Assembly: GCA_963716395.1 (NCBI GenBank)
Contig: OY970309.1
Coordinates: 2,816,001 to 2,880,000 of the forward strand
Direction: 5' to 3'
From: an uncultured Fibrobacteria bacterium
GTDB taxonomy: Bacteria > Fibrobacterota > Fibrobacteria > UBA11236
Length of the DNA stretch: 64,000 nucleotides
Below are positions 19,083 to 29,166 of the stretch, piece by piece; position 1 is the stretch's first letter, and each line of letters begins with the position of its first letter. The translations under genes and the position numbers were made by a program. The notes under the pieces are model-generated. The model was not told the DNA's origin. It saw only the letters and a list, made by a program, of their open reading frames with translations, and did no database searches.

Positions 19083-19904
19083 ATGACACCTTTTCTTGCC
19101 TGGTTGGGAGCGCGCTGGCGGGCTTCGTACCCCGGCCGTTTGTTCGAACTGGGATTTCAGGCCGTCTCCTGCGTCTTTGTGCGGGGCGGAAATTCACGTC
19201 AGAGTTATCAACTGATGGTCTCGCAGATCTATTCCACCGGCGTCGAAGCCGTGCCTCTGGTGCTGCTGTTGGCCGTGGTGATCGGCAGCGCCACCATCTT
19301 GCAGGCCGCCACGGTGATGCCCAAAATCGGGGCCGGCGATTATTTCGGGGCGGTGATGGTGATGGTGGTGGTGCATGAAATCGGCCCTTTGTTCACAGCT
19401 TTTCTCGTGGCCGGCCGCACCGGGTCGGCGCTGGCCACTTTTTTGGGCAATATGAAAGTGCAACTCGAAATCGACGCGTTGCGCGCCATGGGAATCGACC
19501 CCGTGCGCTTTCTGGTTTACCCGGCCTTTTTCGCCACCGTGGTATCGCTGTTCTCGCTGATGGTGCTGTTTAATTTCACCGCCTTGTTCGGCGGCTTTTG
19601 CGTGGTCAAGGTGTTGCAACTTTTCGCGGCCGATCCGGGGTCGCTGCAATTCTCATTCGGGCAATATCTCGATCGCATGGTGGCTTCCATGGGACCGGTA
19701 GACGGCATTTTGGCCATCGGGAAACCGGTATGTTTCGGCATGCTCATTTCCCTCATCGCCTGCCATCAGGGCATGACCGTGCAGGCCGACATGCGCGATG
19801 TTCCCAAGGCCACCACCCGCAGCGTGGTGAACTCCTTTGCCGGTGTCATCCTGATCGACGCGCTGTTCGCCTTGCCGTCGGTGGCGCATCTGGGGTTTTT
19901 CTGA
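19083..19904 (+). CDS. mlaE: MlaE-family ABC transporter permease
   Basis: EIGPLFTAFLVAGRTGSA, EIDALRAMGIDP, VPKATTRSVV. Confidence 0.93.
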   Translation: MTPFLAWLGARWRASYPGRLFELGFQAVSCVFVRGGNSRQSYQLMVSQIYSTGVEAVPLVLLLAVVIGSATILQAATVMPKIGAGDYFGAVMVMVVVHEIGPLFTAFLVAGRTGSALATFLGNMKVQLEIDALRAMGIDPVRFLVYPAFFATVVSLFSLMVLFNFTALFGGFCVVKVLQLFAADPGSLQFSFGQYLDRMVASMGPVDGILAIGKPVCFGMLISLIACHQGMTVQADMRDVPKATTRSVVNSFAGVILIDALFALPSVAHLGFF

Positions 19905-19914
19905 GGCGGCCGGC

Positions 19915-20685
19915 ATGAGCGTCGTCCTTTCGGTGCACAATCTCCGCTTCCGCTATCCGGGCCATGACCCGCTGCTGCGCGGCGTCACCTTTCATTTGCT
20001 GCCCGGCCGCATTCTGGTCATCGCCGGTTTGTCGGGGCAGGGGAAGAGCACGCTTTTGCGTCTGCTGGCCGGTTTGGAGCGGCCCGAAGCCGGCGTCATC
20101 CGCCTTCTCGGTCAGGACATCACCCATTTGACGCCGCGCGAATTCAACCAGCTCAAAACTCGCATGGGTTTCGTGTTCCAGGCGCCGGCGCTGCTTTCGC
20201 ACCGCACGGTATGGGAAAATGTGGCGCTGCCGCTGGTTTACCACAATATCGGGGACACCGAAGAAGTGCAATACCGCGTCGATAACGCCCTGGAAATGCT
20301 GCTCATCCGCGAATACAAAGACCAGTATCCCGCCAGCCTCAGCCTGGGCGTGCAAAAGCGCGCCGCCGTGGCGCGCGCCATGATTACGCGTCCGGCCCTG
20401 GTGCTCCTGGACGAGCCCACGGCGGGGCTGGATCGCATCAGCCGAGGTTTACTCCTGGCTCTGATCGGCAACATCCGCCGCATCAACCACGTGGCGATGG
20501 TGATCGTCACCCATGACCTGGCGGCCGCGCGCGAGTTGGAAAGCGAAGTGGGCGTGCTCAAAGACGGGGAAATGCTCGAACCCATGGAATTCGATCAGAT
20601 GCGCCACAGCCAGGACAGTTTCGTGGAATTCCTGTTCCGCCAACTGACCGAAGAGGCGCAGGCCGTGAGCGAGGTGCGCCTATGA
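19915..20685 (+). CDS. mlaF: MlaF-family ABC transporter ATP-binding protein
   Basis: Walker A GLSGQGKST, LSLGVQKR signature variant, LLDEPTAGLD, VTHDL; context. Confidence 0.9.
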   Translation: MSVVLSVHNLRFRYPGHDPLLRGVTFHLLPGRILVIAGLSGQGKSTLLRLLAGLERPEAGVIRLLGQDITHLTPREFNQLKTRMGFVFQAPALLSHRTVWENVALPLVYHNIGDTEEVQYRVDNALEMLLIREYKDQYPASLSLGVQKRAAVARAMITRPALVLLDEPTAGLDRISRGLLLALIGNIRRINHVAMVIVTHDLAAARELESEVGVLKDGEMLEPMEFDQMRHSQDSFVEFLFRQLTEEAQAVSEVRL

Positions 20686-21635
20686 AGAGCCTGCAACTTT
20701 ACCGCCACGCCAATTTGCTGGCGGGATTTTTCGTGGCCAGCGCCCTGATCATTTTCGGCATGGGCACCTTCGTGCTCCTGTACAAAAAGGGGTTGTTCGA
20801 GCGCACCTATGAGTTGCAGGCCTGCTTCGACAGCGGCCTGGGCCTGCGCCAGGGCACCGACGTGCAATTCAACGGCGTCAAGATTGGGCGCGTCCAACGG
20901 GTCGAATTGGTGCCGGTGGAGGCCGGTCCGCACCGCGCGGGACGCGTCATGCTCGTTCTCAACATCGCGCGCAAGTATCAGGATTTTCTCACCCGCTTCT
21001 CGGTGGCCTACGCCGAGCGCGACAAGAACCTGGTCAGCGATCGCGTCATCAACATCGAAACCACGCGGCCGGGAGGGCAAATACTCCAACCCGGTGAAAC
21101 GCTGCGCGTCACCGACTCGCGCGACATCGAATCCGTGATCGGTTGGATGAGCCGGTTGACGGAAAAGATGGATCATCTGGTGGACAACATCGGCAAGGTG
21201 GTCACCGCCAGCCGCGACACCAACACTTCGGTGGGCGCCATGCTGGGATCGCGCGTGATGTATGATCGGATTCTCTCCGATCTTTCCCACCTCGACCAGG
21301 GGATCACTGAGGGGCGGCATGTCTTGACCCGTATCAACCGATTGGGCGACACCTTGTACCAGCATACCGGCCCGCTGCTGGCCCGGGCCGACACGACCTC
21401 GCTGCGGCTGCAACGCACGGCCGACGAGGCCGAACGCCTGGGCGCCAAGGCCAACGCCATCGCCGATCAAAGCCAGGTGGTGCTGCAGCGCCTGGATCAG
21501 GTGCTGATTCAAGGTTCGGGCAAACTGGATCAGGCCGGCGACGTCATGGACGCCATTTCGCGGCTGTGGTTCATCCGCTCCAAGCTGGAGCCCCCCCGCG
21601 AGTTTCCGGCCTTGCTCAATACCGCGGATCCGTGA
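20682..21635 (+). CDS. mlaD: MlaD/MCE-domain protein with long helical C-terminus
   Basis: TM anchor, GLRQGTDVQFNGVKIGRV MCE motif, heptad-like helical tail. Confidence 0.9.
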   Translation: MKSLQLYRHANLLAGFFVASALIIFGMGTFVLLYKKGLFERTYELQACFDSGLGLRQGTDVQFNGVKIGRVQRVELVPVEAGPHRAGRVMLVLNIARKYQDFLTRFSVAYAERDKNLVSDRVINIETTRPGGQILQPGETLRVTDSRDIESVIGWMSRLTEKMDHLVDNIGKVVTASRDTNTSVGAMLGSRVMYDRILSDLSHLDQGITEGRHVLTRINRLGDTLYQHTGPLLARADTTSLRLQRTADEAERLGAKANAIADQSQVVLQRLDQVLIQGSGKLDQAGDVMDAISRLWFIRSKLEPPREFPALLNTADP

Positions 21636-21636
21636 C

Positions 21637-22581
21637 GTGAAATCCGCGGTCCTGACCCTGGTGTTGTTGCTGCCCGCGGTCGCCGCCGCGAAAGCCGAAG
21701 ACGCCGCGCGCCTCTCGCTGCGGGGCGTCGAAGCTTATCAAACCGGGCGGCTGGATTTGGCCCGGATTTTCTTTGAACGGGCCTACCGCCAGGCGGCGTT
21801 GCAAGGCCGGCTGGATTGGGTCGTGCTTTCGGCCTGCAATTTGTTCGACGTGGCGCTGGAAACGCGCAACCTCGAAGACGCCGAACGCTGGCTCGACGCG
21901 GCGCGCGATGCGCAAGGGGCGGAGCGCGCCGTGGTGCTGTGGAAGCAATCGCAATTGCTCAACGTGCGCCATGAGCCGGAGGCCGCGGTGGGCGCCGTCG
22001 ATTCGGCGTTGGCCCTACGGCCGCTCGACGCCGATATCAAGGTGCGTATGCAAATCGACCGCTACCGCTATGAATTCGCGTTGGAGGATTCGGCCGCTTG
22101 GGAAAAAAGCTTTACCGCCTTCCGCGCGGATTTGAAAACCGATGGGAAGAAAGAAACCATCGGCCTGTGGGCCTGGGCCAATATGCGTTGGCGGCGCTAC
22201 GCCGCGGCCGAAAGCCTGTGGTCCGACGCGCTCGACGCCTATCGCGCCGAACATCGGCCCTTGGCGGTGGGCGAGGCGTTGGCCTACCGCGCCTTGTGCC
22301 TGCACGCCTTGGACCGGCGTCAGGAAGCCTTGCACTCGGCGGATTTGGCCGAGGCGGTGTTCGAAGAAACCGGATTTGCCCTGGGCCGTTTGCGTGCCCA
22401 AGCATTGCAAGCGCTGCTTGGCGGCGACGCGGTTGCCAAATCGGGACGCGAAAGCGATTTTCTTGCGCGGGAGAGCATGGGGGATGACTGGAAGGATTTG
22501 CTCGACGATTATGTGGAGAGCTACCCTCCTTTGCTGGGGCAGTTGGAGCATTTGCGCGGCCGCCAACCTGCAACCCCGTGA
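21637..22581 (+). CDS. Exported tetratricopeptide-repeat-like protein
   Basis: Signal peptide, Ala/Leu-rich helical repeats (GVEAYQTGRLDLARIFFERAY); starts 1 nt after mlaD stop. Confidence 0.7.
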   Translation: MKSAVLTLVLLLPAVAAAKAEDAARLSLRGVEAYQTGRLDLARIFFERAYRQAALQGRLDWVVLSACNLFDVALETRNLEDAERWLDAARDAQGAERAVVLWKQSQLLNVRHEPEAAVGAVDSALALRPLDADIKVRMQIDRYRYEFALEDSAAWEKSFTAFRADLKTDGKKETIGLWAWANMRWRRYAAAESLWSDALDAYRAEHRPLAVGEALAYRALCLHALDRRQEALHSADLAEAVFEETGFALGRLRAQALQALLGGDAVAKSGRESDFLARESMGDDWKDLLDDYVESYPPLLGQLEHLRGRQPATP

Positions 22582-23929
22582 TCTGTTTTTCATTTCGGTT
22601 CACCGCAATCCGACGCAAATCGTCGGCGATGACAAAAACGCCTACCTCCTGACCGAAGGCGGCGTGCTGCTGTACGACTACGGCCGCGGGCAGTGGATGG
22701 ACAATATCGGCACCGGTCTGGGCGTGAACGCCATCGCCTATTTTCCCGATCAGAACCAATTGCTGATGCGCCTGCCCGACGGCTCGGCCCTGACCTATAA
22801 TCCGGCTTTCCGGCGTGTGGCGCCCGCCACCACGGCTTTTCGCGAATCGCCCGGCGGGACCACGCCTTCGGATCTCAACGGCTTGTCCCTGGGCGGCGAT
22901 TTCACCTTTCTCGGCGACGGCGTGCGCGATCGCTACAATCGTCGAGACTCGGTCAACCTTGCGCGTGTCTTCGATTATGATCACCTGTGGGTGCTCACTG
23001 CGGGCGACGGGGCGTTTCTGGGTTCATACCGACGCAAAGAAGCTGAGTCGGTTTGGTTCGGACTGTACGACTCGTCGGTGATTTCGATTTACGGCGCCGG
23101 TCAGAATATGTGGTTCGGGGCTCCCGACCCGGCCGGCGCGCTGGTGCGCGCCAAAAGCGACCTTTCCGAATGGAAAATTTACGCCGCCCAGCAGGACTAC
23201 GAGTTTCCCGACGGCACGCTGTACGATATGGTGGAATGGAAGAATTACCTGTGGTTGGCCACGGCCAAAGGCGTGGTGCGCCAGGATGAGAACACCGGTC
23301 AATTCCGCCTGTTCAACCGGATGCAGGGCAGCACCGACATCAACGTCTACCGGCTCTTCGTCTTTCAGGATCGGCTTTACGCCGGCACCGAAAAAGGCGT
23401 GGCCGTGCTCGAAGCCCCCGAAGCCCAGTTTCAGGCCGCGCCGTTGCCGGTGGATATCGCGCCGCCGGTGTCGGATTTTTGCATCAGCCGCGGCAAGGAT
23501 CTCTGGGCGGCGACGCGCTACGGCCTCTTCGTGCTGCGCAAGGACGGATGGAAATCCATCAAAGACGTCACGCTTGAAGACGTTCCCGACGCCTACGGCG
23601 TGGATGTCACGACGGTGGGGTATGCCGATTCGACTTTGTATTGGGCGGACGCAGATCACATTTATGCCAAGCGGCCCAAGCAGCAAACCAAGTCGGTCAT
23701 CGACCTGGCCAATGTCTTTCGCATCGTCATGGAGGACGGCGTAATGTACGCGGGGTTCGACGACGGGGTGCGGGCCTATAATCTCAAAAGCCATCTCTGG
23801 GTTGATTTCCGCCTGGAAGACGGCATCCCCGGGCATAAGGTGCAAAGCCTGTTCGTGCAGAACGGGCTCTTGTGGATCGGCACCGACCTCGGCGTCATGC
23901 GCGTGACTTTGCGGCCTTATTTGCCCTGA
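22511..23929 (+). CDS. Exported beta-propeller protein (Reg_prop-like repeats)
   Basis: Signal peptide from ATG 22511; repeated blades LWLATAKGV, LYAGTEKGV, LWAATRYGL, LWIGTDLGV. Confidence 0.8.
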   Translation: MWRATLLCWGSWSICAAANLQPRDLFFISVHRNPTQIVGDDKNAYLLTEGGVLLYDYGRGQWMDNIGTGLGVNAIAYFPDQNQLLMRLPDGSALTYNPAFRRVAPATTAFRESPGGTTPSDLNGLSLGGDFTFLGDGVRDRYNRRDSVNLARVFDYDHLWVLTAGDGAFLGSYRRKEAESVWFGLYDSSVISIYGAGQNMWFGAPDPAGALVRAKSDLSEWKIYAAQQDYEFPDGTLYDMVEWKNYLWLATAKGVVRQDENTGQFRLFNRMQGSTDINVYRLFVFQDRLYAGTEKGVAVLEAPEAQFQAAPLPVDIAPPVSDFCISRGKDLWAATRYGLFVLRKDGWKSIKDVTLEDVPDAYGVDVTTVGYADSTLYWADADHIYAKRPKQQTKSVIDLANVFRIVMEDGVMYAGFDDGVRAYNLKSHLWVDFRLEDGIPGHKVQSLFVQNGLLWIGTDLGVMRVTLRPYLP

Positions 23930-24020
23930 GCTTCCCACGCGCGCGGCGTACGCTGGCAACCGGCGCGTTTTCCGGGAACGGCCAAAGAATCTGAAAATTC
24001 GGGTTTGGGAGTTTGCGGTC

Positions 24021-25121
24021 GTGCCCTTGTACCCGCTTCATGCCACGTGGTATGTTGGGGGAGCACTCGGATTGCTCGCAGCCGTGAAGAGAAAATACCG
24101 CTTTCCCGTTTCGCAGCAAGCGAATTTACTGGGCCTGGAATGGACCAAGCTCGCCACCTACGCCCTGTCGCGTTCCGAGCGCTTCGAAGAGCGTCGGCAT
24201 CGCGTGGCCTTTCTCGGCGATCATTGGCAACGCGGCTACCACTGGTCCTATCCGCATGACGATTTTCCCGCCACCTTGGGGCGTTTTCTACCCTATTTCC
24301 TGTTCGAAACCGGCGTGCCCGAGGCCAGCCTGTTCGAGTGCTATTTGCGCGAAGCCGACTTCGCCACGCAACTGGAAACCGCCCTGGCCGAGCGCTTGGG
24401 CGAATGCGAAGTGGCCTTGATCGAATTCCTGGGCATGCATCCCGATCAGGTGCGGTTCTTCGGCCGCGATCTCGGCTCGGGCAAAGAGGCTCTGTACTGC
24501 CCCAACGACTATCTTCCTTGGTGGACGCCGCCGGTGCGCCCCGACAAGGACAATTGCTATGCCCAAATCGTGCGCATGCCGCTGCGGTTGCTGGCGGTCG
24601 AAACCGAGGAATACGTGGTGCTGGCGCCACCCACGTATTTTTGCGGCAACGAATTGCGCGCGCGCGGGTTGACCGCCATCCGCCTGTGCCCCAACGGCCT
24701 CTCGTCCTTGACGGTGGAAAAAAAGTTGTGGGCGCATGCCCATTGGATGGATTTCTGCGTGGATATGCCGGTTCCCAACGAAACCTATTTGCAGGCGCTG
24801 GTGCGCTGGGAAGAATATCTGGGGCAAGAATTGGAACGCTCGTGGTCATTTCCCGCCTTGTTGCACGAACTGGAAATGACGCCCTGCCTGACCGCGCGTA
24901 TGGCCAAGGATTTACAGGGCAGCACCATCGCCGTACCCGAATTGGAATGGGTGCTGGAAACCCTGTGGAACGAGCAGCCGCGTATCAGCCTGTGGGGTAA
25001 AACCCCGCGTCAGGTGGGGCGATTCCTGTGCACGCAATCCATGTTGGATCGCCTGCTGGCGCATGTGGGCGGCAAAGCCAATGTATTGCCGCGCAATGTG
25101 CTCATGGCACGTCCGCTTTAG
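24021..25121 (+). CDS. Hypothetical protein
   Basis: 366-codon ORF with typical codon bias; no motif recognised. Confidence 0.7.
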   Translation: MPLYPLHATWYVGGALGLLAAVKRKYRFPVSQQANLLGLEWTKLATYALSRSERFEERRHRVAFLGDHWQRGYHWSYPHDDFPATLGRFLPYFLFETGVPEASLFECYLREADFATQLETALAERLGECEVALIEFLGMHPDQVRFFGRDLGSGKEALYCPNDYLPWWTPPVRPDKDNCYAQIVRMPLRLLAVETEEYVVLAPPTYFCGNELRARGLTAIRLCPNGLSSLTVEKKLWAHAHWMDFCVDMPVPNETYLQALVRWEEYLGQELERSWSFPALLHELEMTPCLTARMAKDLQGSTIAVPELEWVLETLWNEQPRISLWGKTPRQVGRFLCTQSMLDRLLAHVGGKANVLPRNVLMARPL

Positions 25122-25150
25122 TCCGCGCCCTTCATTTTCGCTGGCCCCAC

Positions 25151-25180
25151 AAAAAAAACCCCGCGGAAACGGGGCTTTTT
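25151..25180. terminator. Bidirectional intrinsic terminator
   Basis: A8-CCCCG-loop-CGGGG-C-T5 between convergent genes. Confidence 0.8.
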
Positions 25181-25197
25181 GAATCGCTGTGAAAACC

Positions 25198-25962
25198 TTA
25201 AAACGCCAGGGCTCCGCCCAATTCCATGGTCAGATCCGAGCCGCTCGTGAGGTCGGGCGCGAATCCCAGGAAGTGATACTTGAAGTCGAGATAGACGGCG
25301 ATGGGAATCACCGGTGGTTTGAATTGGGAGCCTAGTTGCAGGAACCCGCCCATGCCGGTTTTTAAACCGCGGTCGCGCATGGCTTTGATCAGGGCCTTGG
25401 ACAAAGCGGCCTGGTCCGTCGGGGAGTTCTGCAAATTGGCGCTGGCCAACGCACTTTTCGCAAAGCTGGCCGTCAGGATTTGGGTCGCGACGCCATACGT
25501 GACTCCTCCTCCTCCATACACCTTGACCAAGGAGATGAGAGGCGGCAATTTGAGAAAGGGATAGAGCACTGCGAGGTCACCGTACGCGCGGGCAAAATAA
25601 GGTTTGTCCTGCACAAAGGGCATTTTCAGGCCAAAGCTCACCGGGGTCGTTGTGGTGCCCCCTTGGCCGTCCGGTGTGATGAGGTCAACATCGTAATAGC
25701 CGAATTGAAAGTTTCCGGTCATTTGCAGATCGACGAACGGCAGAGCATCGATCCAGATTTTGGCGCCGAATCCCTGCAAACCGCTCAGCCCTTTTTCATC
25801 GAGGGTCGCGGCTTGGCCGCCGCTGGAAGCGACCGTGTCTTGATTGGCCTTGACATCAAAACCCAAGGCCGGAGCCCAATGGCCACCGACGCCGAAAATG
25901 GCGTGCGACTGTATGGCCAAAGCGCTCAACACGATCCACGCATGAATCCAGATTCGCTTCAT
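25198..25962 (-). CDS. Putative outer-membrane beta-barrel protein
   Basis: Signal peptide, amphipathic strands, C-terminal Phe (ELGGALAF); GGAGG RBS before ATG 25962. Confidence 0.7.
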   Translation of the reverse strand: MKRIWIHAWIVLSALAIQSHAIFGVGGHWAPALGFDVKANQDTVASSGGQAATLDEKGLSGLQGFGAKIWIDALPFVDLQMTGNFQFGYYDVDLITPDGQGGTTTTPVSFGLKMPFVQDKPYFARAYGDLAVLYPFLKLPPLISLVKVYGGGGVTYGVATQILTASFAKSALASANLQNSPTDQAALSKALIKAMRDRGLKTGMGGFLQLGSQFKPPVIPIAVYLDFKYHFLGFAPDLTSGSDLTMELGGALAF

Positions 25963-26037
25963 ACTGCCTCCCGGGACGGTGACTCTTGTCCGGCGCTTAG
26001 GATAGGAAAAAAAACCGCAGTTGTGCAAGCGAATCGA

Positions 26038-26808
26038 CTATTCCTCGAAGGCGATGCAGGCCGCCATGCGGCCCGAAGCCGCCCCGTCGCGCCGATAGGA
26101 AAAAAAGCGCTCGGGTTCGTCGCGGGTGCAGCCGGCCACGTCGAAAATACGGCTCGGGTCCAGGCCGGCGGCCCGGGCTTGGGCGCGGTTGCACCCGCGC
26201 AGATCAAAGAAGAAATGGCCGCCTTCCCCGTGCACATGCGTCGAAGGCAAGGTGTCGGCCAAGGCTTGCGGAACTTCGAGGGCCCGCGTGGAGAGACAAG
26301 GACCCAAGGCTACCCACGTCGAGTCGGGGCGGCAATGCCGCGCGGCGAAAAGCCGCGCCAAGGTGCGGCCCAGAATATTATCGCGACTGCCGCGCCAGCC
26401 GGCATGCACGACGCCGATGCAATGGCTGGGCGCATCGGCAATCCAGGCGGTCAGGCAGTCGCCCGCGGTTACGGCCAGCAGCCATTCGGGGTCATGCGTG
26501 AAGACGGCGTCGGTGGCGGCCGGCGCGGCGGCCACGATGCCGAAGGCGGGTTCCTGACGCAGGGCGGAGGCGATTTCCAAGCATTCGGCCTCATGCGATA
26601 GCCGCGGCAGGGCCAGTTTTTTTCCCCCGAGCCCTTGCGCGTGCATCAGCCGCTTCCAATTCCGCCGCACCTGCTGTGTGTCGTCGCCCGAGTAAAAGCT
26701 GAGGTTCAGCGAAGCGAATGCTCCCCGGCTTTTGCCGCCGCGTCGGGTGGTGAAAAAGGCGCGAATCCCGGGAACATGAGTTAAAGCCGGGATGGTTTCG
26801 GGAATCAC
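26038..26808 (-). CDS. pgeF: Peptidoglycan editing factor PgeF / YfiH laccase-domain protein
   Basis: FTTRRGG, SLNL, TAGDCL, HAGWRG, GPCLS, FFSYRRDG..GRM. Confidence 0.92.
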   Translation of the reverse strand: MIPETIPALTHVPGIRAFFTTRRGGKSRGAFASLNLSFYSGDDTQQVRRNWKRLMHAQGLGGKKLALPRLSHEAECLEIASALRQEPAFGIVAAAPAATDAVFTHDPEWLLAVTAGDCLTAWIADAPSHCIGVVHAGWRGSRDNILGRTLARLFAARHCRPDSTWVALGPCLSTRALEVPQALADTLPSTHVHGEGGHFFFDLRGCNRAQARAAGLDPSRIFDVAGCTRDEPERFFSYRRDGAASGRMAACIAFEE

Positions 26809-28214
26809 AAGTCAAGGATAGCCAGGGTGACGTCGTCGGCCAACTCTTCGTTCGCATCATTGAGGATCGCCGTTTTGCCGTCGGCATCGCATCGACGAAA
26901 CGCATTCAACGCCTCCATGGTCGCGGCGCCGAGTTTTTCCGGGGTTTCCGCGGCATGGGAACGCACCAATTCGCGAAAGCGATCCAGTCCGAACATGCCT
27001 TCGGGGCCATGCGCTTCGGAAATGCCGTCGGTGTGCATGACCAGGCGGGCCTGGGGGCCAATTTCCAAACGGGTTTCATTCAGGGAAAGCTCGGGAAACA
27101 TGCCCAGCACCAGGCCATGCGACGTCAATTCGGTCCATCGGGGGTCGGCGCTTTCGGGATCGGCGTCCTGCAGAAATTGGGGGATATGTCCGGCGCTGCA
27201 ATAGGTTAATACGCGTTCTTCGGGATCGAAAATGGCGTAGAATACGGTCACGAAATGGCGGCCGTCGAGATCTTCCATGAAGGCGCGGTGGATGCGTTCG
27301 AGAATGCGCGCCGGCGAGCGGTTTTGCGGGGCCAGGGTTTTAAGCAGCACCTTGAACATGGTCATGACCAAAGCGGCGGAGATGCCATGGCCGGAAACGT
27401 CGGCGATGACGATATCGAGCCGGCCGGGCAGGGCTTCGAAGCAATCGTAATAGTCGCCGCCCACTTGACCGGCGGGCAGGTAACGCGAAGCGAATCCGCG
27501 CAGCAGATGCGAAGGGATGACCCGGGGCAACAAGCCGCCCTGCAATTGATGGGCGCGTTCCAGATCGGCTTGAATGCGTTTTTGCGCCCGTTGCAGGGCC
27601 TCGTTGGCCAGATGCAATTGCCGGTTGGCTTTTTTCATGGCGGCGTAGGCCTGGGTCAATTCTTCGCGGATGCGGAAGTTTTCCAGCACCAAGCCCGCCT
27701 GCTGGCAGAGCGCGGCCAGATGCGACACGGCCTGGGCCGTCAACGATGCGGCGGGCGGCGAGGTGTCGAGCCACAATAGGGCGATGCATTCCTTGCCCCC
27801 GGTTTCGCGCCGGGGCACGGTGATGGGCATCAGCAGATATTGGCTGCATCCCAGGGCCCTGAAAGGATCGGACGCCTCCGGGGTTTCCACCCATTGATGC
27901 AGGCCGCTGTTCAGGCTGTCGTTGAGCACCGCGTTACGCGACTCGATGCGCAAGGCCCGCAGCAGGGTGGCCGGCACGCCCAGGGCATGTTCCACCGCAA
28001 ACTTCCGACGGCGGGGACCAGGTACGCGCAAGAGTACGATGCGTTGCACTCCGGCGATTTCGGCGACCCCGAGCAGAAAAGTTTGCAAAGCCTGCGAAAG
28101 CCGGCTGCCAGCCAGTAGCACCCGGGTGACATCATGCACCAAGGTGCTGAGAAAAAGCTCCTGCGACAGCAGTTCGGTTTGCGAGGAGGGGGCGGCAGGC
28201 ATCGTAGAGGGCAT
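26805..28214 (-). CDS. SpoIIE/RsbU-type PP2C phosphatase with GAF-like domain and coiled coil
   Basis: VGGDYYD, IADVSGHG, SAGH, HTDGISEA, DDVT motifs. Confidence 0.92.
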   Translation of the reverse strand: MPSTMPAAPSSQTELLSQELFLSTLVHDVTRVLLAGSRLSQALQTFLLGVAEIAGVQRIVLLRVPGPRRRKFAVEHALGVPATLLRALRIESRNAVLNDSLNSGLHQWVETPEASDPFRALGCSQYLLMPITVPRRETGGKECIALLWLDTSPPAASLTAQAVSHLAALCQQAGLVLENFRIREELTQAYAAMKKANRQLHLANEALQRAQKRIQADLERAHQLQGGLLPRVIPSHLLRGFASRYLPAGQVGGDYYDCFEALPGRLDIVIADVSGHGISAALVMTMFKVLLKTLAPQNRSPARILERIHRAFMEDLDGRHFVTVFYAIFDPEERVLTYCSAGHIPQFLQDADPESADPRWTELTSHGLVLGMFPELSLNETRLEIGPQARLVMHTDGISEAHGPEGMFGLDRFRELVRSHAAETPEKLGAATMEALNAFRRCDADGKTAILNDANEELADDVTLAILDL

Positions 28215-28416
28215 GTAGCGTCGTGGAAAAGTTCGATTATACCACCGCCCCGCGAGGAGAGCGATTTTTTTCTGGCCGAATTGGAACCGCCGGCACAATT
28301 CGGGAAAATTTCGTCCTCACCATGCAACCCATCCATTGTCCCTTATGGCTTCGGGAATTAACTTTTGGGCCCGTTTTGCGCGGGGCTTGCCGTCAAGGAC
28401 AACCCAAAGGGATCGC

Positions 28417-29136
28417 ATGGCCGGTACCGTTAAGAGTGGAAAGTCGAAACCCTTGGTGCAATTGGATCCCTCCTGGCTGGAATGGGTTCTCGACGACTTT
28501 TACGCGCGTTATTCCAAACAGATCTGGACGGTGGCCGGAATTCTGGTCGCGGCCATCACGCTTTACCTGGTCTGGTCTGTGCAGCGCGATCGCAATGAAC
28601 TCCGGGCGGAACGGGATTTGGGCCCGGCTTATGTTCTGCTCGAACAGAATCGCCTTTCCGACGCCGAGCAGTCGCTGACCGAATTGCTGCGCGATGCGCC
28701 GGCGGGTTTGGCCCGCGATAAGGCCTATCTGTATTTGGGGAAAGCCTATTACGATCAGGCGAAATACGATCAGTCCCAGGCAGCCTACGGCAAGGTGCGC
28801 GACGAGGGCAAGTCCACCGCCTTGATTTATTCGGGTGCCCTGCACGGTCTGGCCGCCTGTTATATGCAGGAAAAAGACTACGCCAAAGCCGTGGGGGTTT
28901 TGCAGCAGTTCCTGGACAAATTCATGCGGCGTACCGGCGATCCGGCCGTGGACAACAGCCCCAAGGGGGCGGATTTGAGCCCGGCGGTTCCCAATGTCCT
29001 GTGGAAACAGGCGCTATGCTTTCGCGCCCTGCACCGCGATGACGCGGCCAAGGCGGCGGTGGCCAAGCTCCGCAAGCTGTATCCCGCTGCGCCCGAAGCC
29101 CAAGACGGCGCCAAGCTTCTGGCCCTGACCCAATAA
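28417..29136 (+). CDS. Membrane-anchored TPR protein (YfgM-like)
   Basis: Single TM helix then TPR motifs (AYLYLGKAYYDQAKYDQS, ALHGLAACYMQEKDYAKA). Confidence 0.8.
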   Translation: MAGTVKSGKSKPLVQLDPSWLEWVLDDFYARYSKQIWTVAGILVAAITLYLVWSVQRDRNELRAERDLGPAYVLLEQNRLSDAEQSLTELLRDAPAGLARDKAYLYLGKAYYDQAKYDQSQAAYGKVRDEGKSTALIYSGALHGLAACYMQEKDYAKAVGVLQQFLDKFMRRTGDPAVDNSPKGADLSPAVPNVLWKQALCFRALHRDDAAKAAVAKLRKLYPAAPEAQDGAKLLALTQ

Positions 29137-29166
29137 TCCCGCACCGCGGAGGACGGGTTTTCTTCC

